Shown here piece by piece: positions 40,692 to 50,404 of a stretch of 64,000 bases of DNA (the stretch's first letter is position 1; each line of letters starts with the position of its first letter). Position numbers and translations under genes: made by a program. The notes below the pieces were generated by a model. It was not told the DNA's origin and did not search any database. It worked only from the letters and a program-made list of their open reading frames with translations. This DNA is from Dictyostelium discoideum (taxonomy: Eukaryota), in NCBI GenBank assembly GCA_000004695.1, contig CM000152.2, positions 2,400,001 to 2,464,000 on the forward strand, written 5' to 3'.

Positions 40692-41421
40692 GAATGAAAT
40701 AATTAGAACTGATAGTGATTTTAACCAAAGTATTACACTTCAAGAATTAATTGCAGATTTAAAAAATAAAAAAGCCAAAAATCCAGTTGGAACTGCTGTA
40801 GCTGTTTTTAGAGATGCTGACAAAAATAAAAATGGCAAATTAAGTAAGTTTTAAAATAATTGGAATTGTTTAAAAAAAAATAAATAAATAAATAAATAAA
40901 TAATTAATATTAAATATTGATTTTTTAAATATAGCATATGAAGAAATAAGAAACTGGGCTATTACTAAAAACTCAAATGCTATTAATGATGCTCTTACCA
41001 AAGAAGTAAACGAAATTCTCTCACCAATGGATAAAGATAATGATGGTAATTTAACCGCTGGTGAAATGCTTGATTATTTTGTTAAACAAGGTTTAAAATT
41101 AAATGGTAAATAATAAATATTATAGTTGAATAAAAAAAAAAAAAAATTATTACTAATTTATATATATTTATATGTATATATTAAAAATATCAGATGCATG
41201 CGAAATGATCAAATCATATTTTGAACAAGTCGATAAAGATTCTGATGGTATTTTAACTGTTTGCGAACTTAAAAAGGTAATTTTAATTTAATTTTATTAC
41301 TACTATTATTTATTATTATTATTATTATTAATTATTTTAATATATTAATTTAATTTAATTTTTTTTTTTTTTTTTTAATTTTTAGTTCATTGGCGCTGAT
41401 TTACAAGTACCATCACAATAA
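40692..41421 (+). CDS. EF-hand Ca2+-binding protein, at least 4 coding exons (40692..40849, 40928..41100, 41191..41276, 41385..41421). The 5' end and start codon are not resolved
   Basis: Three EF-hand loops are encoded: DADKNKNGKLS, DKDNDGNLTAGE and DKDSDGILTVCE. The exons are separated by short introns with GTAAGT, GTAAAT and GTAATT donors and ...tatag/...atcag/...tttag acceptors, and the phases fit (1,1,0). A stop lies in frame immediately before 40692, so the ATG must be in an upstream mini-exon that I could not identify. Confidence 0.5.
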
Positions 41422-41694
41422 TGTTTTTATTATTATTTTTTTTTTTTTACTTTTGGACTTTATTTTTCTAAAATTAAATAATTATTAAAAATAAAAGTCT
41501 GATGTTTGATTACTCCAATAAACGCAACATGATGAAACTTATTTTTTCATTTGAATTAGCTGTAAAAAAAAAAATAAAAAAAAAAAGCAATTATTAGGTG
41601 TCAACCACAACTGTCCTAAAAAAAAATAAAAAAAAAATAAAATTAAAAATAAATTTTTTTTTTTTTTAGAACAAAATGGAATAAATAAATAGAA

Positions 41695-42513
41695 ATGAAT
41701 TTTTTAAAAAAAAGATATTTTATAATAATTTTAATCATATCATACATTATATATTTAAATAATATTGAAATAGAAGATAATATATTCAATATGGAGAATA
41801 ATCAAATTAATAACAATAACAATAATAGTAATAATAAAATTAGAGCAATTATTACTGGTGCAAGTGGAATGATTGGTGAAGGTGTTGTACAAAATGCAAT
41901 TGAAAGTGATGAAGTTGAAAAGATATTAATTGTTGGTAGAAGAGAATCTGGATTTAAGAATGAAAAAGTTAAAGAAATTTTACATAATGATCTTTCAAAT
42001 TTAACAAATATTCAAAATGAATTCATTGGATATAATTCAGTATACTTTTGTGCTGGTATATCGTCAGTTGGTGTTGATAATGAAACTTATCATAAAATAT
42101 CCTATGATATGCCAATGGAAATGTTAAGAAAAGTTGAACTTGTAAATAATATAAAATCAAAGGATGATAATAACTTTACCTTCATTTATGTTACAGGTAG
42201 TGGAACAAATGAAAACTCTTGGTCAAATTGGGCACGTGTAAAAGCTAAAACTGAAAATCATATTATAGCATCCAATTTCAATAAAACATTTGCATTCCGT
42301 CCTGGTTTCATTCAACCAAATATACCAGGTTTAAAAAATGCCTACAAAATGTATAAATATATTGGTTGGTTATATCCAATTGGTCGTTCAATCTCTCAAA
42401 ATGGATTCATTACACTAAGAGAAATAAGTCAAGCAATGGTAAAAGCTTCAACAAATGGTTATAAATCAAATATAATTAATGGTAGTGATATTGTTAAATT
42501 AGCTCGTTCATAA
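41695..42513 (+). CDS. NAD(P)-binding Rossmann-fold protein, paralog B. An N-terminal extension carries a hydrophobic segment and an Asn tract. Alternative start at ATG 41791
   Basis: About 75-80% amino-acid identity with paralog A over about 225 aa. The first ~230 nt of the shared region are almost identical at the DNA level. In-frame ATG at 41695 precedes FIIILIISYIIYL. Confidence 0.65.
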   Translation: MNFLKKRYFIIILIISYIIYLNNIEIEDNIFNMENNQINNNNNNSNNKIRAIITGASGMIGEGVVQNAIESDEVEKILIVGRRESGFKNEKVKEILHNDLSNLTNIQNEFIGYNSVYFCAGISSVGVDNETYHKISYDMPMEMLRKVELVNNIKSKDDNNFTFIYVTGSGTNENSWSNWARVKAKTENHIIASNFNKTFAFRPGFIQPNIPGLKNAYKMYKYIGWLYPIGRSISQNGFITLREISQAMVKASTNGYKSNIINGSDIVKLARS

Positions 42514-42572
42514 ATAAAATATTTGTATTTTTAAAATTAATTTAAAATTATTGTTTTTTTTATTTTATTTAT

Positions 42573-43616
42573 TTAATTATTAAAACTTTCTAAAATCAAA
42601 TCAACATTTAAATTATTTTTTTCAATATAATTTGAAAATATAATTTGAAATGATTCTAATAAATTATTATTGATAATATTATTTGTATTTTCTTTTTGTT
42701 GTTTATCATTTAAAAATAATTTTGAAAAGGTATCAAAAGAGTTTTCTTCTTTTTCTTTTTCTTTTTCTTTTTCTTTTTCTTCTTCTTTTTTATTTAAATC
42801 ATTTATTAAATTTAATCTAAAAGTTAAATTTTCTAAATAATTTAAATCTCTTTTAATTAAATGATTATAAAATTGTCTTTTAAAATTATTTTTAGAAATA
42901 TCAATTGATTGTAATAAAAGTTTTTCACAATTTGATTGAAGATTATAAACAATTGATGTAAAAAGTTGGAATAATAAAAAGAAACAATCTTTAATTTCGT
43001 TTTCATTTTCATCACCATCTTTTTCATTATCATTTGTTTGATTTACTTTTTTATCCAATTCTTGGTTTTCTTTTTCATTTTCATTTTCATTTTCATTTTC
43101 ATTTTCATTTTCATTTTCATTTTCTTTTTGTTTTTCTTTTTCTTCTTTTCTTAAATTTGAAATTGATTGTTGATCAATTGGTTTTCTATCAATATCATAT
43201 TGATTTTTTATTAATTCTTTAATTAATTCCTTTTTATTATTACAAATTCTAAGATCTTTTGTAGTTGTAGTGATATTTTTTAATTTATTTTTAATATCAC
43301 CATTAAAAAGTGCAAAATAATATCTTAAATCTTCTGTCATTTGGTAGAGTTCAAATATATTTGGCATCATGTCTTCATTAACTAATGAATATAATGGTGA
43401 TAACATTTCTTTGAAAAGTTGAAAAACCATTGAAAATGTTTCATTTATTAATTTATTTTCATTGTTTTGTTGTTGTTGTTGGGTTATGTTAAATTGTTTA
43501 AAAAGTAATTCTACTATTTTTGAAGTATCATTAATAAATGATTCCCTTTGTTCAATTTCATTTTCAATAATGCCTGAAATAGAAAATGTTTCACTAGTTT
43601 CGAGCATTCTATCCAT
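42573..43616 (-). CDS. Hypothetical acidic coiled-coil-like protein with (EN)n and (EK)n repeats
   Basis: Continuous 347-aa ORF from ATG 43616. Contains ENENENENENENEKEN and [14 protein letters not shown]. No identifiable domain. Confidence 0.45.
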   Translation of the reverse strand: MDRMLETSETFSISGIIENEIEQRESFINDTSKIVELLFKQFNITQQQQQNNENKLINETFSMVFQLFKEMLSPLYSLVNEDMMPNIFELYQMTEDLRYYFALFNGDIKNKLKNITTTTKDLRICNNKKELIKELIKNQYDIDRKPIDQQSISNLRKEEKEKQKENENENENENENENENEKENQELDKKVNQTNDNEKDGDENENEIKDCFFLLFQLFTSIVYNLQSNCEKLLLQSIDISKNNFKRQFYNHLIKRDLNYLENLTFRLNLINDLNKKEEEKEKEKEKEKEENSFDTFSKLFLNDKQQKENTNNIINNNLLESFQIIFSNYIEKNNLNVDLILESFNN

Positions 43617-43913
43617 TTTTTTTTGTTTTGTTTGAATGATAATTATAATTCGTTTTTTAGAAAATAAAATTTTTTTTTTTTTTTTTTTTTTTTAATTAAA
43701 ATTTTTAAAAAATAATTTTGGAAATAGGATTTAAATAATAAGGGTATTAATATTAGATTTGAAAAATTGTTGGTTTCAAATAAAATAAAATATTTTCTAT
43801 TGTTTTGGAAATATTAATGTAGTTTATATACAAATAAAAAATTTTTTTTATACCATAAATTGACAAAAGTATAAAATTAAGTTTAGCTAAAAAAATTTTA
43901 TTACATCAAAAAT

Positions 43914-43986
43914 GCCTGGATGGCTCAGTAGGCAGAGCGAGCGGCTGTTAACCGCTAGGTCCATGGTTCGATCCCATGTCTAGGCG
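43914..43986 (+). tRNA. tRNA-Asn (anticodon GTT)
   Basis: Cloverleaf read by eye. Acceptor GCCTGGA/TCTAGGC, D-arm GCTC..GAGC, anticodon stem AGCGG/CCGCT with loop CTGTTAA (GTT), T-arm CATGG-TTCGATC-CCATG. Followed by T5 at 43991-43995. Confidence 0.9.
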
Positions 43987-44000
43987 ATACTTTTTAAATG

Positions 44001-44020
44001 CTCTTAATTAGATTAAGAGT
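44001..44020 (+). promoter_or_regulatory. External B box (ex-B) downstream of tRNA-Asn: hairpin ctcttaat-tag-attaagag followed by AGTTCGATCCCC
   Basis: GTTCGATCC matches the Pol III B-box consensus and duplicates the tRNA's own T-loop. It lies about 22-34 bp past the tRNA 3' end, the position described for Dictyostelium ex-B boxes. Confidence 0.55.
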
Positions 44021-45056
44021 TCGATCCCCTTTACCAACATATCATTACATTTGTCGACAAATAATAATAAAAAACCCACATTTGCTGTTATAATGGTTGC
44101 AAAATTGACTTGAGTTTGATGATATTGAATTTTTATTACTTTTATTATAATTTTTTTTCATATTTGTTTAATTCCCCCTCTTTATTAGTGTATTTTTTTT
44201 AAAAAATTTTAATGTTAAGTTTTCTCTAACCACTAAATATAGAATTTAATATCTAGAAAAAAAATAAAAGAAAAATATGAAAAAAGAAAAGAAATGGAAA
44301 AAAATAATAAAAAACTTTGCAAAAGATATGCTATTTTTTAAAAATCGATCGAATTTTATTTAGAATTTTGAAATTTCATTTGATTTTGTTCAAATAAAAG
44401 TAAATTATTTTTGTAATTAGTTTGTTATTGTAATAATCCTGAATTTAAAGGAAAAAAAAAAAAAAAAAAAATTGTTGGTATAATTATTAAAAATGGAAAA
44501 ATTTATTCGACCAAAACCATACCAGATGTAAAATTTTTTTGTATTCAGTTTATGCCAACCAAATCCAAAAAACAAATTATTTATGTGGGGAAATAAATTT
44601 AAAGAAAATTCAAATTAAATCAATGAGTCCAAATTTTATGGAATTATTAAATAATTGTAGAGATGGATGCAAATAATTATTAAACTTGTAATCAAATTTA
44701 TTATTAATAATATATTATAATTATTTTTCCCAATTAATTACTTTTGGAATTTGTCTATAAAAAAAAAAAAAAAAAAAAACCTGCTATCCATTTTTTTATT
44801 TAATTAGCTTTTATTGCTATTAAAAAATTAATTTAATATTTTTAATACTTTATCATAGACTGATGATTTTTTTTCATGTTTACTTTATAAAAAAAATAAA
44901 AAAAAATAAAGACAAGACTTCACATCAGTGACAGTAGCTACCCAATATTAAAATGGTATGTAGCATAAACTCTTTTTCTATGCAACCTCCCCTTATTTTT
45001 TATATCTTTTTTTTTTTTAACAACTTTTTATTTTTATTTAGTTTTGATCCCAATTT

Positions 45057-45356
45057 AGTATAGATAAATAGAGCACTCAAAAATACACAAAATGATATAA
45101 AATATAAAAAAAATGAATGGTCATTAAGTTTTTTTTTATTTTATTTTTTTTATTTTATTTTTTTATTTTATTTTTTATATTATTTTTTTTTTTTACTAAA
45201 TAATTATTTTTACAATTTAATTATTTATCATCTATTTTTTGTAATTATTTTTTTATTTTCAAAAACAACGAGCAGGGAATATTTTTTAATAAAAATATAG
45301 ATTTAAAAAAAAAAACAGAACTTTACATTAATTTTAAGTGCTCTATTTATCTAGAT
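45057..45356. repeat. About 22-bp inverted repeat (tagataaatagagcact[c/t]aaaa) whose arms flank about 245 bp of AT-rich DNA
   Basis: 45061-45083 is tagataaatagagcactcaaaaa. The reverse complement of 45334-45356 is tagataaatagagcacttaaaat, with 17 contiguous identical bases plus 4 more. Confidence 0.7.
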
Positions 45357-45626
45357 TATATAAAAAATATTGTCCTTGATTTCTTTCGTAATTTCAAAGG
45401 TTTTTAATAACCAATGGATTGTATGAAGCTACTTTTCAAATAAAAAAAAATCCTATTTTAGGAAAAAAAAATTTTATTTTTTTTTATTTTTTATTTTTTT
45501 TTTTTTTATTTTTATTTTTTTTTTATTTTTATTTTTTATTTTTTTTTTAAATATAACTTCACACCAACTATCATAGGAAAAAAAACATTTAGATAATAAA
45601 AGAAAAAAAAAAAAATTAAAACTACA

Positions 45627-45896
45627 ATGAATATAATAAAATCAAAAACAGGAAATTTCAAATTTATTTCAAGAATAGGAATTTTAAATTATAAAAGGTG
45701 TTTTACTACAGTTAAAACTCCTCAACCATTGGAACCTCACGAACATCCAAAACCAATGGAACCCAATGAATTTGACCCAAAACCAGATGATCCACCTAGA
45801 AATCCTGATCCATCTCCATTTCCAAATGAAGTTCCAAAACCTAAACCATCAGATTTCCCAATACCTGATGAATTATATCCACAACCAATTGTTTAA
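45627..45896 (+). CDS. Small Pro-rich protein (89 aa) with an N-terminal amphipathic, basic presequence-like segment
   Basis: ATG 45627 follows poly-A. MNIIKSKTGNFKFISRIGILNYKRCF is followed by PxP-rich repeats. Low confidence that it is a real gene. Confidence 0.35.
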   Translation: MNIIKSKTGNFKFISRIGILNYKRCFTTVKTPQPLEPHEHPKPMEPNEFDPKPDDPPRNPDPSPFPNEVPKPKPSDFPIPDELYPQPIV

Positions 45897-46019
45897 AATA
45901 TAAATATTAAAAAAATAAATAAATTAATAAATAAAAAAAAGAATTAATTTTAATAAATAATTTGTATACATATATTTTTATTATTATTATTATTTTTATA
46001 ATTATTATTATTTTAAAAT

Positions 46020-48760
46020 TTATTTATTCTTTTTTAAAGTTCTTTGTTTATCAGCATGTTCAACTAATTTCTCTTCAACAAATAAACCTTTTCTTTTACG
46101 TATCATATTCATATATTGTCTAGCTATATTATTACCCAAACTTGCGATATTTACACCATTATCTTCGAGTTCTTCTTCAGTGGTTGGTTCATAGTAAGGA
46201 TCTTGTTCAATAGTTTCCCAATAATTATCAAAGAACAATTGAGTACTAGCGGCACCCGAAGTTTTTATCATAATTTGTTGAGAGAAACCAAAACTTTCAA
46301 CTACAGGTAAACGTGCTTGAATACAAAAGATTTGAGTACCCTCTTTAACACCCTCCTTTTGAATTTGAGCTCTTCTAGAGGATAAAACTGAATACATTTT
46401 ACCAAGAGCGGTTGAAGTTACTTGAATTTCACAAAGATAAAGCGCTTCCATTAAACGTTGTGGTTTAATTTGGAATGCCATTCTACAACCTTCTTTAACT
46501 GTTGAGATCATTTGACCTGATAATGGACCATAAGAATCTGAATTTTGTTGATCACCCTCCTCACGTATTATATCTATATCCTCAACGATTAAACAAACTC
46601 CCATCATAGGTTCATCACATAATGGACCTGCAATAGTTGCCAATTGAAATCCTGATACAATTGAATTATCCAATTCACTAATTCTTTTAAATTTATCATC
46701 ACCATCTAATAATTTTATTGATCCAACTTCTGAATTTGAATTTTCTTCCTCTTGAATCTCTTCTTCTTCTATTTCTTTTTCATCTTCATCTTCTTCATCT
46801 TCTTTTTCTTCTTCTTCTTTTTCTTCTTCTTCTTCTTTAATTTCTTCTTTTTCTTGTTGTTGTTGTTTTTGTAATTTTTTTAATTTCTTTTGAATACCTC
46901 TTTGTAAAGAATGTTTCCAATAAGGTGATAAATTATAACCAGGAATATGATTTAATAATAAATTTGGACCAATATGTCTTGGACCAAATGACCAAATATT
47001 TTTAATTTCATTTTTCCAATCACCACCAGATTTTTCTAATTCCTCTTCCAATTCTTTTTGGAAATCTTCTCTTTCTGCTTGTTCAGCTTCTCTCTTTGTA
47101 ATTTTATTATCTGATAATTCTTTATTGGTATTCTTACCACCCAAGAAAAGATCTCTAAGTTGTTGTGAACGTTGTTCAATTAAATTTGTAATATTCTTTG
47201 GTAATGGAATTGCACGTATTTTTACTGATACTTTTTTATTTGCTGTTTTAACTGTAATAATCTCTTTAAGTGGTGGTGATTGCTGACCACTATTATTTGT
47301 TGTTGTTGCTGTTGCTGCTGCTGTTGTAGATGACGATGATGTAATTGTTGATGAGGTAGTTGGTGTAGTTATTGTTGGTGTTATAATAGTTTCTCTAAAT
47401 GGTACAATTGGTGAAGAAACATGAACATTAATTTTTGCAAATGATTCTTTAAGATCACGAATACAACGTTCTAAATGTAATTCACCAGATGCTACAATAA
47501 CATGTTCACCAGTTTCTTGAACGTAAACTTCAACCAATGGATCGGCTTGATTTAAAAGTTTTAAACCATGTAAAAGTTTTGGTAAATCAGAGATATTCTC
47601 TGGTTCCAATGCAACCTTTACAATTGGTGATGAAACAAACATCATATTTGAAATTGGTGGACACATTAAACTACTAGAGATGGTTGCACTCTTTAATACT
47701 AAATTACCAACACCACCACCAACACCACAAACATTACCTGCTGGTACTTTATCGATTGGTTCTAAACTACTACCCATCAATAGGTAGAGATGAGTTATCT
47801 CCACTTTATAAACATCATGTGTTGGATTCATCGGATCATAACGTGGTCCCATAACATAAATAGTTTTACCTTTTTTTAATACACCACTAAATACTCTTAC
47901 AACTGCAATAAACTCTTCATCATTATTATTAGCTTTAATTGGTCCTGTTGGTATTGTTGATAAATCTAATGGTTTTGCTGTTGATGTTATTGGTGATGAT
48001 GGTGATGTAGTTGTTGTTTTTGTTGTTGTTGTTGAATCATTTGTAGTTGATGGTGCTGAACTAATAAACATATTATCAATTTTAAGTATATCTTTTTCAT
48101 CTTGATGAAGTTGTTGTTGTCTATTTTGTGAAGGTACAGCAGATGGTTGTACTCTTCTTGGTGGTACAGGTCTATGAATTGTTGAAGTTTGAACACCACC
48201 ACGTTTATTATGTGCAAAAACTTTTGCAACATAAGCAACAATTTCACAATCATCTGATGAATTACATGTAATTGTATCATATAGTAATTGTTTTTGTTTT
48301 TCTATTAATTCAACATTTGATTGATTTGATGATGATGATGATGATGATGATGAAGTTGATAATGATTTTGAAGGTTTAAATATTTTTTCCATTCTTCTAG
48401 CTTGACCTTCAATTGGATCTGGTAATTTATCACAAACCATTGATAAAACTGCCTCTGATAATGGTAACCATGCATGTAAAACTGATTTCAATACAATTTT
48501 TTGATCTTTTGATGCCAAATCTCTTGCACCAACAGTTATATTTAAAACACTAATCATTTTATCCAATCTATCTCTATCAATCCATTCTGGTGTACCAACA
48601 ATAGTTTTTACAACTTCCCAAACACTATTTAAAATGAATGTTACAAACATTGGCATTAAATTACCTTTTGGTGATTTATAAATTTTTTTCTCTTTTGGAT
48701 GATAATAATACTCACCCCATAAACATTTTTCTAAAATTTCTTTTTTAATTCCAGTTTCTA

Positions 48761-48797
<37 letters not shown>

Positions 48798-49616
48798 TAA
48801 TCAATTATTAAAATAAAAAAAATGATAAAAATGATAAAAATGATAAAATTTTAACTTACTTTTATAACATAAATCAATAAATTGTTTAATTGTAAAACCC
48901 CAACCATCAAAAGCAGTTGTGAAAGCTACATTACCTTTTTGAGGTGAAAAATAATATTCAGTACCAATATTTTCATTAAAATTTAAATTTGAATCATCAG
49001 AGGATTCAATGTAATCCTCAGAGGATTCTTTTAGAATGATCTCTTCAGATGTTAATGTACCAGTGATTACATTAACTTGTTCAATTATTTTTGATAGATG
49101 TTGATAAGCTTCCAATGGGGTCATATGTAACTCGAGTATTAAACGATCAATTTTATTTAATACTAAACATGGTTTAACTTTTTCTTGATAAGCTTGTTTC
49201 AATACTGCATGAGTTTGTATACAAACACCTTCGACTGCATCAACCAATACTAATGCACCATCTGTAATTCTAACTGCTGTTGAAACTTCACTTGAAAAAT
49301 CCACATGTCCTGGTGAATCAATTAAATTAATTAAAAATGATTCTTTATCATTTGATGACGATGATGATGATGGTTGTTGAAATAATAATGAAATTGCACT
49401 TGCTTTCATTGTAATTTCTCTTTCTTGTTCATCTTCTAGAAAATCTAAATATCTTAATTTACCAGCCATCTCTGGTGAAATGATACCATTGCTACTGATT
49501 AAACAATCGGATAATGTGGTTTTACCATGATCAACATGTGCCAACACACATATATTTCTAATGTTTTTAGTATGATCTTGTAATGATGCTAATAGATTTG
49601 GTGAAATAGACGGCAT
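46020..49616 (-). CDS. efl1: Elongation factor-like GTPase 1 (EFL1/Ria1, 60S ribosome maturation), 2 exons (49616..48860, 48757..46020)
   Basis: N-terminus [47 protein letters not shown]...[15 protein letters not shown]...LVLNKIDRL (G1-G4 motifs). Exon 1 ends ...DLCYK+a at donor GTAAGT and the 102-bp intron ends ...ttag. Exon 2 carries the EFL1-specific acidic insertion ([24 protein letters not shown]) and the EF2-like domains IV/V. Confidence 0.85.
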
Positions 49617-50296
49617 CTTTTTTATTTATTTGATTTAATTTATTTCGAAATAAATAAAAAAAAAAAATAAAAAAAAAAAAAGAAAATTTTATTACAAAAA
49701 AAAAAAAAAAAAAAACTAGACGAAATGAAAAAAAATAAAAAATAAAAAAAATAAAAATAAAAAAAAATAAAAATGAAAAAAATCAATAGTTTTTTTTTTA
49801 TGAGAAATTAAACAAAAATATAAATAAAAAAAAGGTGGGATGGTAATGATTTATTAAAAATGATATTAAATAATTTAAATTCTATTAAAATAAAAATTGT
49901 TGTTATTTGATTTTTTTTTCTTTTTTTTTTTTTTTTTTGGAAATCCCTTAATAATTTATTTATTAAAAATTAATTGATAAAATAAATAAGAAAAAAGCTA
50001 AAAATGTCAATTTAAAATTATAAAGTATCATTATAAATAAATACAATCTTAAAAATTCAAACAAAATAATGAATCATTTATAATTGTTTTAAAGTTTTTT
50101 TTTTGTTTTTTTTGTTGTTGTTTTTGTTTGTAGTAGGAATGGTTTAGTTGTTTTTTGTTTTGTTGTTGAAGCAAAAAAACTCGAGTTGGAACTTCAAAGA
50201 ATTGAAAAAATGATTTAAAAATTTTTGTTTCACCAAGATTTTAAAAACTTTTAAAATCGGCGCCAAAAATGAATAAAAAAATATTTTTTTCAACAA

Positions 50297-50368
50297 GTTT
50301 CGATAGCTCAGTGGAAGAGCAAGCGACTGCAAATCGTTAGGTCGCCAGTTCAATCCTGGTTCGGAACT
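50297..50368 (+). tRNA. tRNA-Cys (anticodon GCA)
   Basis: Acceptor GTTTCGA/TCGGAAC, D-arm GCTC-AGTGGAA-GAGC, anticodon stem AGCGA/TCGTT with loop CTGCAAA (GCA), T-arm GCCAG-TTCAATC-CTGGT. Followed by T6 at 50372-50377. Confidence 0.88.
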
Positions 50369-50404
50369 TTCTTTTTTGTATCCCAATTTTCCGAACTTCG
50401 TAAA

